Shown piece by piece: positions 43,940-56,000 of a stretch of 64,000 nt of DNA (position 1 is the stretch's first letter; every line of letters starts with the position of its first letter). The DNA lies in contig CM022670.1 in NCBI GenBank assembly GCA_012295275.1, positions 6,138,001 to 6,202,000 on the forward strand, given 5' to 3'. Origin of the DNA: Chrysomallon squamiferum. Taxonomy: Eukaryota > Animalia > Mollusca. The translations under genes were made by a program, and so were the position numbers. The notes beneath the pieces are model-generated. The model saw nothing but the letters and a program-made list of their open reading frames with translations, searched no databases and was not told the DNA's origin.

Positions 43940-44060
43940 GCTGTCGTGGTGTTTCTTGAACTGATTGAATTCCCCGCTGTAGCTTGAAATACCCAATAAG
44001 AAAAATAGTGGGTGATCACGTGATATACAATTTATTTTGGGAACGAGGCGAGTTTTCTCT
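43940..44060 (-). promoter_or_regulatory. Putative proximal cyclin A promoter
   Basis: Lies upstream of the ATG. It contains CCAAT (about 43993), the palindrome ATCACGTGAT (about 44015-44024), an E2F-like TTCCCCGC (about 43970) and CHR-like CTTGAA (about 43955 and 43983). These are motif matches only. Confidence 0.4.
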
Positions 44061-44259
44061 ACCAGCTGTTTTGTTTGATGTTGAAGCAAGGTTATTGAGA
44101 ATAGCATGCGATTGCAATAAACTTTTGTTATGCTAATGAGTTTTAGTCGTTATGCTTCCATTGTAGTTAGTAACGCACTCTTAACATTGGCTGACTGCCA
44201 TTTACCCTATTAACACACAAATTAGAGACATTTATTGCTTTTTAGTTCATTTCAGAATT

Positions 44260-44262
<3 letters not shown>

Positions 44263-44305
<43 letters not shown>

Positions 44306-44326
44306 TTAATAATGATTTCTATTCAA

Positions 44327-44358
<32 letters not shown>
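44263..44358 (+). repeat. (AT)n and (AAT)n microsatellites upstream of cyclin A
   Basis: Directly visible. Confidence 0.9.
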
Positions 44359-44359
<1 letters not shown>

Positions 44360-45268
44360 TGTATAAACAGCATGAACATTGAAAATGTACTAGATTAATA
44401 ATAATACCGAACAGAACAGGAAAAGAGAAAGAAAGAGAAAACAATCTATTTTTAAATGTTGCTACACCGTCCCCTTTATTATCTTTCTTTCTATCTCTTT
44501 AATTTTTATTTTTCAGTCAGCTTATAACTGTAGCTATTGTTTGTTTATTTTATTTTATTTTATTTTATTTTCTGTTTTCTTGTGTGTGTGTGTGTGTGTG
44601 TGGGTGTGTGTGTGTGTGTGTCAAGTATACATATAATTAAAAAAAAATCAATAGCTACATCATATTCAATAAATAAAATTAATTTTAGATAGTCTGGCAA
44701 AAAAACAAAAATTATGAGAAAGAGAGAATAAAGGGAACTGAGTCTGTCATTATTTGTTTTTAACTACGTTTATTTCAACGTTATATTTATTTACCTGCAT
44801 GTATAGTTTTGAAAATTGTTTAAAACAGTCACATTATCACCATCATCATCATCATCGTCACCATCATCATCATCATCTTTAAATTAGAGTTGTTTATTTT
44901 TATTTAATGTTAATGTGTGTGTGTGTGTGTTTGTGTTTACAGCAACATGAAACTAGCTGTTACATTAGATTTTCATAAAGTAAGCAATGTCAGAATATGA
45001 ACAGATGACAGAGATAGTAAGATTTGACAAAGCTAGACGTGTGTGAAAAATATACACTTTACATGTTTTAGACGATAACAACAACCACGTAAAACGTGCA
45101 CGTGTTTATGTGAGTATGGGCTATTGTTATCGAATGTCAGCAAAGGATCTTTTGTATAAATACCTTGCCAAAATTAGAAAAAGTGTTTTCATTATATTTT
45201 ATTTTATTAATCGGTGCAGTGGTTGAACTGGGATGGGTTTATCAAAATAATAGATAATGGCGGACGCA

Positions 45269-45271
<3 letters not shown>

Positions 45272-45349
<78 letters not shown>
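45272..45349 (+). repeat. (CT)n microsatellite
   Basis: Directly visible; it is the source of the ERERER ORFs. Confidence 0.95.
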
Positions 45350-45355
<6 letters not shown>

Positions 45356-47194
45356 GTGTCTGTCTGTCTTTTCCTTTCTTTCAGAAGGATCAATGATAAA
45401 TAACAAGTACAGATTTGTTGTTAGTGCATGCGGAATTTTGATTCTATACATTCTGCTCACCCGAGTGGAATAGTTGAATGACAATGAGTACAATACAGTT
45501 TAACCAATACAATTAAATATTATCCAATCCCAATGTCTTCTAAACCTTGCAGCCACTTGGATTCTATTTGACGGCACATCAAACGTAATTTCAAGTCCAC
45601 CTCCTCTTCACGTGCCTGGAGATTTTTTTTTTTTTTTTTTTTACAAGTGTATCACCGGCAGGATAAACACATATGAATTTGCTAAACGTTAAATCAAACA
45701 TTGAGTAATTCAAAGTCATAATTCAATTAACCACAATTGTTTGTGAGGTTTGTGGTCTAATAAATAATTAGATTGTATGAATTAATTTATCTCTATGGAA
45801 TTTGTGAAATAGTTTTGAGAATAATATACAAGCAGTGGGGTTGTAGTTAGGTAATATTATGCAAACAGGAATGAATGAATCCTGTCTTTTCTTCAAAGGA
45901 ACGACGATGTATGATCGAAAAGTTCAAACGTACTTTAATTAACGACAACTAGTCTCAAATGTTAAAAATATGAAGTTTACGAAATTTGTTACGTCATTAT
46001 GTCTCCTTAATCAATGCCGCATAATAATAAATATGTAAATAAAGTAATAAAAAGCAAATCTGATAAATAAAATTAAAGTATTATTTACATCAACATTTAC
46101 AAGTCAGTGTCATGGTACTAACAGAATGTTGAATTTTGTATGTACCCCACCTCCTAAGTGAGCGTTTAACATGCGTTTATGAATTGTATATAGACGAGTG
46201 TGTGTTTGTGTGTGTTTTAATGTACGTATGTTTGTGTTTTATAATTATGAATGGTACAAGTGTCTCTATTATCAAATTAACAATGGACGATATGAAAAAT
46301 ATAGTTTTGTTTTTCACGATTCGATCACTTACAAAGGCGTTTAAAAGAAAAACAATCAACTGTCATTTCAAAAATCAGTGTCAACGTAATAGCTTCTTTT
46401 GAATATCAAGAACGTATTCGTCGTTGATGAGAGAGGACGGACTTACCATAATACATTAATTTCCATGACAAACGGACAGTTTAAAACTGTTTCCTTATTT
46501 TAGATGTCCAGCATTTTTTTTTCTTTTTGAATAATGATGATTTTTGTGAATAGTCTCAGATGAAATGCTAGTTTTAAACTCTTTTTACGTTTTTAAATTT
46601 GCTCTGTTCGTGCACGTGTATACGTTTGTATGAATGTGTGTGTGTGTGTAAATGTACGTTTATGCACGTGAATATTTATTTTCCGAAGTCTATTTGATAA
46701 ATAATTATACGGGGTAAAATTAAAAACAAACAAACAAAAAAAACATGCTGATTGTGATAGCCAGTGACGGACTGACGTCTGAAATGTAATAAATCTCTCC
46801 AACAAGACACGCCTTACAGTTTTACCGATTTAATTGTTAAATCTCGGGTCACTGTATAAAATGAATATAAAACAGCAGAAATCTTGTCTCGTGATTCCCT
46901 CTCTGGCTCGCCAGGCGTCGTCTGAAGAGTAATAAGTACTCTCGAGCACAGCGCGAGGCCTTCCAGTTATATATAAGCCCTAGGGTAGCGTCATCCTTCA
47001 AACACAGACACCCCCAGACATACAAAAATAGATAATACAAACATACACACATCCACACACACACTCACACAAACATATATACACATACAAGCAAACAGTC
47101 ATAGAAAAAGTTTGCATCTCGTACGAAGATTATATCTGACAATGAAGGACGGACGATTAAATAAATAACACGATAAACAATTTCATGGAACTGA

Positions 47195-47228
<34 letters not shown>

Positions 47229-48062
47229 TTAAAAAAAGAAGAAGAAGAAACAAAAACTAGATTTAATAGAAAATAAAATAAAAATCGGGAGCGGATGTAC
47301 AAGTGGTTTTCGCCTGATCACGATAACATTACGTTTGAAACATTTTCTAAAACTAATACAATTTAACGAATTGTAGAAACCGCAAGCATTTCTTTCTTTG
47401 AAGCTGTATGATCAACCATAACGAACTGACAATGGAAGGGGTAAGTGCGGAGTTCCTGCAGTTGGAAAGGTGTCGGGGTGCGTAATACCCACATCCATGT
47501 TTGGACAAGGATTAGACGTTCCTGCGGGCTAGAGCGAGGAGTGTTAACGAAACCGGATTTACAGCGCCATGCTGCCAGTAAGACGACTAATCGGCTTGGT
47601 CTACGTCATAGGCGACTAACCAACCGTTAACCGTCTTTTGTCTCTGTCTGTGTGTGTGTGTTCTTTTGTTTCTTCATCCTCGTCTTTTTCTTTGTTATTT
47701 TGTGTGTTTTTTCTTACAATTTTGAAAAAATATATACACATATTTTTTTTTTCTAGATGTTAAAATTCGATTACAGTTGTTATAAAGTTAACTTGGTTCC
47801 CTTACTCAGAAGATAGTTTTTGTTTTAAAAATGAATATGATAAAACTGAAATCGAGATGACAAGATGGTTGCAAAGACACTTGTAGATGGTTACAGAATA
47901 ACGTGCTGGTCCGACCTCCTCTGCCAGATATTTCTATCAACAGAAAGGATAATCTGTTTATTTCCGATCACGTAAAATGATGGGAAATTATGTATATTCA
48001 GTCGATGAAGAAATTGCTTATGTTGACCGGAAGAATGACCTACAGGATTATGAATACTTTTT

Positions 48063-48064
<2 letters not shown>

Positions 48065-48130
<66 letters not shown>

Positions 48131-48144
48131 AATAAATAAATAAA
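48065..48144 (+). repeat. (AAT)n/(AAAT)n microsatellite
   Basis: Directly visible. Confidence 0.95.
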
Positions 48145-50116
48145 CCATATCTGAAAGATTTGTGAGGCAACAGATTTTTATATATAGTTATGAAAGAAGT
48201 CTATTAAGTCAAAACTAGTGTACATATCATGATATAATGTTTATACAACACCAGTCGATGTACTTGCACGTGCAGATAAAAGCAGACGACAGGATTAATG
48301 GATAGAAGTTTTGTTTTTGTTTCCTGTAGAAGTAACTGACACCGCTGTGAAACAATGTTGTTACGACATGGCCGACATGTTACTTAGATGAGACAATTAA
48401 AACATCACTCGTGTGGAAAAGTGGCATTTATCTGATTTTCAGATAAGTCTTTCTACGATCCAACAGCATGAAGTCGCCGATTTGTTGTTTCTGTTGTTTA
48501 TCTACTTATATCCTATAATCTGTTTTGTGAGATGGACGTTTAAACCATAAATATAACATTTTCCATGAATACGTTTAGTGAGTATCACAATAATTTCCTT
48601 CAACACAACTCGAGAGGATTAATCATACATCCATATATAAGTTCGGGGGAGGGAAAATTATGGAACTGAGAGAAAAGTAACGTAAAGAGCGAAAGAAAAG
48701 AAAAGATACCGCGGACAGTAAATAATGGACATATACCGTCATGACTACTTTACGAACTATCAGATCTGACGAATCTGTTGGAATTTGAACATGAGGAACG
48801 TTGTCTGAAACCAGTTACAAATAGTTCTGACTGACATACTCGTTAAACTGTAACCGAACACGACCCCCTTCTGTTTCATAATCAGCAAGACAGAACAGAC
48901 GGTTCGTTGATCGGGAGTCGAGTGTTGGCACCATCCCCCATTGCTTACACGATTTGCGAGTAATTACAAACGCCGATACTGCGAAGAAATTCAACTTACA
49001 CATGTAACGTTTATCACGGAGCTTTGTTATCACGTGACAGCTTAATTGAAGCCAGTGCGTTGAAGTGTTTGACGTTACGTCACCTGCTCCTATAGAAAAT
49101 ATTATGACAAATTGAACATTAAATTTTCTGTTCAACATTAATTATCAGTGTTCGAAAGTGCTCTTAAAATTATGCAGTACTTAGGTTTAACGAATAGATA
49201 GGTTTGATGCAAACAAATCGGAAAAAAAAGCAAACACAATCAATGACGAATGCTTTTAATAGAAATTTTAAGGAAAAACAAAATGATTAACAGTGTATAA
49301 ATTAATTAACATTTAATGACTCGGTTAATGAACGGTAGGAAACTCGAATATAGTGACAGAAGTAATTAAGTTTGCTGACGATAAAACATCCTGTGTACTA
49401 CACAGAATCTCTAGTCAGTCGAGGATAATTTTAATCACTTAGTTGATATATTTTCAGGTGTATTTGACTTGTTATTTTTGTTTGCAGTTATGACCTTTCA
49501 GATAAGAATATTATACTTTGGTATTAATTTTAAAAAAATTAACAGAAAATAATAAGTGTCCTATTTGAAACAGTGAAACCGTTATAAAAGGTTTTATCGT
49601 CTAACCAAACAGTTGTGTTTGACTGTTTAATACAGTTGAGAAAAAGTGATGAATATTTACGTTTTAACATTCAGATCAGCAGTTTAAGTACGTCTGCTGT
49701 GTACATTTTATCTCACAGAAACGTTGTTGGTAGTTATAAACCAATGGCGTGTGATCTGAGCGTCACGAAACTACTTTGGTGTGTGATCTTCAACTTAAAG
49801 GGTGATCTAGGAGAAAATATCTAGGAAATTTCTATAAGTTGAGCGTGACGTGATAGGATGATTATACTTCTTTAACAGGAAATGTCAGTTTATAGCAGGC
49901 AGGTAACTAATACAACAGATTTGACCTAGCTTGGATCGGAAATGGATTAAATAGGATAGGAAGTGGATTAGATAGAAAGATCTCAAAATCCTTTAACATT
50001 AATGCATGATGCATATATAAGTGCATCACATCCATGCAAACTTCATTTCTAATAGATATAGGATTTGGTAGTTCATCTATATTCATTGATTTTTCAATTT
50101 CTACAGAACCCTTAAG

Positions 50117-50278
50117 ATGTTGGCTAAAGATTTGTTCAACGATGAGACGAAGCCAGTTGCATTTTTACGAAGAAATGGCCTTGTAGATGATGAATAAAAT
50201 GTTGCACTATGTTATCGTTGTGGTGGAGAAATGAAGAAAGCTCGAAGAAAAGGGAAGATCTTTTTCTTTCGTTTCTAG
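50117..50278 (+). mobile_element. Decayed Merlin/IS1595-like transposase N-terminal fragment
   Basis: The frame reads MLAKDLFNDETKPVAFLRRNGLVDDE*NVALCYRCGGEMKKARRKGKIFFFRF*. This resembles the DE..A..FL...GLL...CxxCG..M zinc-ribbon start of Merlin transposases. It has an internal stop, and I saw no DDE core or TIRs. Confidence 0.42.
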
Positions 50279-52704
50279 CAGATGTTCGTTCAATTCATCG
50301 ACAAAATTATTCAAATTTGTATACTTTTTAGCCCTTGTTCTTATAAACTATAAATATATAATAGAAGGAAAATTTGTTTCATTTATGCCATGAAAAATAA
50401 TAAAAAACAAAAAAATGAACAAAATAATAATTAAAATACGTGCGTAAATCGCACACCAAAGTAGAATTGGCTCGGTGTAGACCACACACCAAAGTGGCAC
50501 CCATTTATCTTTCATACTTTCTCTGTCGCACAAACGTATGTTCATAAATAAAGGAACACCTAAATAAAACCAACAATATTCAGTAAACAGCTAATGACAA
50601 AGAAAACATTAAACGGAAAACAATGAACGTTTATTTGGCAGATAATTACACAATACACTACATAACTTGCAGGTGTTGTAACTTCCGCTGTAGTTACCTG
50701 TAAAAAGAAATTAGTGACACATCTATGTGTTAGCCAGAAATTGTCACACATCAGTTGTGTGTGTATCTCGCCATCAGCTACAACGGCAGATAGCGAACAC
50801 CCCACAGTCACTGTAATATTCACACCTCGGCGTCACCATGAAAATGTGACATTTGCATGAATCCCTTACCAATACCCACTATATCTAGGTAAATCACTGT
50901 TGAAATTTGTATCATTAAAAACTCTCACATGTATATCACGTGTTTCTTTCATCATTTACAACGGCAGATAGCGAACAGACAACAAACCAATGACAGCATA
51001 GAAACTAGGTGTGGAGAAACTTGAGTTTCTGAAAGTTACAAATATGGATATCCAGTCTGGCACTCAACGACTCATTTTGTACACTTCAAAATAATTCATC
51101 TGACAATACCACTTCTTAAAACAATGACCGGCTACATGTATCAGCTGCCTAGAGCTACATTACACGGCTCACCCTGAACGTATTAACTATAGAATGTGTA
51201 TTTCAAAACTGTGCATCGACTACAGTGAATGTTCTGGTGTTAATATGAATTCATTTATGCATGATGTGTTTATGTGTATGCGTGTGTGCGTGCGTGCATT
51301 TGCTCGTCTATCTGTCTATATATAACGAATATACATTTATTTTAAACACACAGAAAGAATTATACTTGTACTCTGATAACAGCGGTGTCACTCGAACAAC
51401 ATACACCTTACTCACGCTGTATACTGATACAAAATGTCTCTCACTTGTAATGGAAACGGTTAATTCCGAAACAGTCTTGAATCTACAGTCACACATCACT
51501 TCACAGAGCGTGTTACTCCATGCATGACACTTCCTGTGTTCATCAGCGAGTGTTTGTATCTTTGGTGTAAACTGTGACTGGAGGTCACTGGGATCAAGTC
51601 ACATTCTGGTTCACTATTTAATTAAGAGTGTTTGACATTATCAGTCAACAGTGAAACGTCATCTCAGTTTTACGTGTTTAATTCAGAGAACTAATAGGTA
51701 CATGATGGCGTTGACCCATTTCTTCCAAAGCAACTTTCTTAATATGCAGTTACGTTTTATATTTCCAATTTTAAAATGTTCAAGTTAGTCTATTAATTAT
51801 CTTATACAATTTTTAAATGTGACTCATTTATTTTTACCATCATTTTAACATGTTCACCATTATGTTTACATTTATCTCAATACGTTTTTGTCTTTTTATA
51901 TTTTAGTTTTATTAATTTACACATTAAAGCACCCTTAAACTTACCTAGTATGGAATAGATGGTGTATAAATGTTGTATAATAACAATATTAATGATGATA
52001 ATAAGAAGAATACAAATAACAGTGAAAATAACATGGTACATTACAATATGCATGTTATTACTATAAATGCAAATAGTTGTGTAACAATAACCAGATATAA
52101 CAAAGTACACTACAGCATAATAACAATAATAAAGCAGCATTGTTGCATGTAACTGGTGCATATGAATGCAGTAATAACAGAAGCAGTAAAAAATAGATTC
52201 AAAAAAAAAAAAAAAAAAAGCAGAATAAAATTAATGGAAAGAAACAGACACACAATTTAAAAAAAATTGGAAATAATAATGCACATCAAATGATTGAGAT
52301 ATTATATTTTGATTATTATCTTTAAATTTTAGACATAATAATTATTACAATGTATCTCAGAAATAATAATAATAAAAAACCCTTAATAAAATGTAATTAG
52401 AAAAAAAGTACAGAAATTCTCATTTTATTGTAAATAAAAAGTCTGAATTTAACCTTTCCTCATCAAAACTTCAAACATCATTAACAAAATGTCTGACTGT
52501 CAAAAGTTCCTTCTTATTTTTCCAAATGATGCTTTGAGTTTAAATGTGAATGCACCTTTACCAAAACATTCCTATTTTGGAATTTAAAGGGATCATTGCT
52601 AACTAGTTAATACTGACAGAAATTTAATATAACAGGAATCAAACATCATGACAGATTCTGGACCAAATGTAATCATGTACTTAGTCCAGAAGCTGTACTC
52701 TATC

Positions 52705-52960
52705 ACAATATTTTACAAGTATCAACACAGACAAACACTGTATGACAAACATATTTTACAAATATCAACACAAAGACTGTGAAACAAACTTGATATTTTA
52801 CAAATATCAACAAAGTCAAAGACAGTATAACAAACATGATATTTTACAAGTATCAACAAAAAGACGGCGTAACAACGTATTTTACAATTATCAACAAAAA
52901 GACTGCATAACAACATATTTTACAAGTATCAACATAGACAAAGACTGTATAACAAACTGT
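52705..52960 (+). repeat. Minisatellite of about 42 bp in the RAD50 3'UTR
   Basis: ATATTTTACAA(G/A)TATCAACA...GACTGTATAACAAAC repeated about six times. Confidence 0.8.
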
Positions 52961-53014
52961 AATTACTAGATCAGTTTAACTGATGTCTGATTCAAGTCAC
53001 TGTAGGGACTGTAT

Positions 53015-56000
53015 TTATCTCGTATGAAGATCTTTTACCATGGCACGGACAATCTGTGAATAGCCACTGAAATAAAACAAACATAATGTCATTAAAATCA
53101 TTTACAAAGTGTAATTGTTGTGGACTGGTTAATTACATTTCTTTTTGCTTCAGAATAATTGTTTTGTTTGATAAGGTGACAGTGCAACAATAGAAAAAAG
53201 ATTTTAGTTTGTAAATAACTTTCAAACATTCTGAAATTTTATTTGTGTATTTTCAGTTCAGTGTTTACTAAAGCAGTTCTGACCTGAAGAAGAGAGATCC
53301 AGTGACAGAGAAAATATTTTCGCAGATGTAAAATAAACAGACACTGATTCATAAATCAAGATTTAACACTGCAATAGTTTTCAGGTGTCAAATGTAAAGT
53401 TATAATAATATAAATGAAAACTACTACACTGTCAAATAGAAAGAAGTGATTTTTTTAATACATGTAAATGAAAAACTCTAAAGCCCTCAGTCCATGAATT
53501 ACATTTGTGATTTAAAGAGTATATTGTTTTATATAAATACAACACAATAATCTTTGATACTGTATACTTTGTATACCAGTTAGAATGGGAAAAAGACTTA
53601 CAGCTGAAAATACAAAGCATTGGTTCAATGATCCATCATGTCTCAAGTAACAAATAAAATTAATAATATAAAAAAAAAAAAAATTACTTCAAAAAAAAAA
53701 AAAAAAAAAATACAAAATTACTAGAAATAATTTAAAAATGAAAAACAAACACTTACTCTGTATTTTTCCTCACTTTATAGAACTCATCAACAAAGTCAGA
53801 TCGACCGAGCAGCTCAACAAAATCTTCATCGTGAGTTATCACAAGTAGCTGAAAGTTCTTCTGTTGAGATCTTGTCTTGATGATCCTAGAACACAGTAAT
53901 TTCATAACAATACATTCTACCTAAGTAATGAAAAAATTTTCAATGTATAATAAATTTCAGACAATTTATACTAAATTATATATATATATATATATAAAAA
54001 GAATTAAAACATTTATGTTGAACATGTACCAGTTATGGTGACTGGAATGGTAAACAACACCAATGGTGCAGTAAGGAGGTACAATCCTGATAATAACACA
54101 CTTGTACTGTTTCATAATTAATACTATTAATAATAATAGTAGTAGTCATAGTAATATTTGTAGTACAGCTACTACTGGTACTACTATTACATCTACTACT
54201 TCTACTAATAATAATATGATAACTACTACTACTATTACTACTGCTGCTACTACTACTAAGAATAATAATAATAAACTAATAATAATCTCTTTACCATTTT
54301 TTAAATCTCTCATTAACAACTATGTATAATTTATTTAAAAAAAATCATCACAAAAATAATAAAAACATAAAAATTAATTATAAGTAGTTACTTTAAGCAA
54401 ATATACAAACCATAATGAAAACTAACGTTTACTAATAATAAAGTAACTCACTCAACCAAAGCGAATGCAAGACTCTCAATATTTTCTCTGTCCAGGTTTG
54501 TTGTTGGTTCATCAAGAGCCAGAATTCCACAGCTCACACAGAATGTCTCTGCCAGTGCTAACCGAATTATCAACGATGCCAACACCTTCTGTCCAGCACT
54601 ACATCGTCCCCGCATGTCTAGAACAGCATCGCCCTTCACCATGACAACACGGTAGTTGTAACTACGTCGTGATTTCATAATCCCACTGTCGTCTTCGTCT
54701 GATCGGATTTCTATGGTTTCAATGTCTGAAAATGATGCGAATAAAAAAGAATAAGTTTTGTTTAATAGTTATATTTCTGAAGTGATGAATCAGAGAAGAA
54801 AAGACATGTGATTAGAAGAAAAGGATCTTTTTTACACCAACATGTCATTTAAAAACAGTTAAAAATCAGTATTTGCTTCCAACTCTGGTAACATTTGGCA
54901 TTACTGTGTAATACTAGACATTACGGTGAACACCAGACATTACTGCGTAACACTTGACATTACTATGCAACACCAGACATTACTGTGTAACACCAGACAT
55001 TAATGTGTAATACTTACCATGTCCTCTGTAAGTATTTCTCCACAGTTCTCTAATTATCTTGTTGATCTCATTCATTTTCTGATTGTGGTAATTCATGATG
55101 GCTCTACAACAGAAACACACAAATAATTACCATTTTGACAGTCTGCTTATTTAGAAATGAAAACAGAATTTGTATATAATGATTTCACTGAGAAATTTGC
55201 ACAACTTATTAATACTAGTGTTTCTTGAACTTAACATGCTTTCAATATATCAGACAGACTAACCACAAAGTGTTCACAAAGAACCAATCCTGCAAACATC
55301 TACTTTTTACACAAATTTTCTAACTGTTGTTCACTTCTGTTATTTCTAATGAGAGTGAATCACATACGAAATATTTATTTTCTAACAGTTATGTTTGATA
55401 TGTTAATTACACATGTTAAAAAGAAAAAATTAATTAAAAAAAAATGTTCTGTTTGATATCAGACATTGAAAATATTTTATGAAGAAAAATGAAAACATTT
55501 CACCTGTCCATTGCTGTGTAGTACTTCTGTAAATCGTCATTAGCTAATTCAGTTGTCTGAAATTCAAAAAAAAAAGGGGGAAATAAAAAAAAAGAAAGAA
55601 AAAAAGAATCTCAAAACTGCTTAGTATGTTCATAAAACCTTTTAAAAACTACACTTCAATATCAATACATGTTGACAAGCACATAAAAAATAATTTAACA
55701 GTTTTAATTTAGAAAAGAAAATGTAAGTAACAAATGTGAAAAAGACTGATGCTATAAATGACAATTCTTCAGGTAAAAGTTAAAGAAACAACAAATAGCA
55801 AAATGATTGACTTTACCTGCATCTCAATCATCTTTTCTCTGTATTTCTCTTTGGCATCTTTAAACATGTCTGTCTGTAAGTCTTTCCGAGTTGTACGTAT
55901 CTGTCCTTCATACCCTTCTTGTCTCCCTATAGCTATGTTCCTCTATAATATATATAAAACATGAGTGAAGGTTGCTGTGTGTTTGAGTAGGAGTGTATGT

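Noticed and set aside
45522-45616. Minus-strand frame AREEEVDLKLRLMCRQIESKWLQGLEDIGIG*
   Set aside because: The acceptor is preceded by poly-A rather than polypyrimidine, and there is no recognisable homology or linked exon.
52705-55012. Regularly spaced repeats resembling a CRISPR array
   Set aside because: The units are degenerate tandem copies without unique spacers, the context is eukaryotic, and there are no cas genes.
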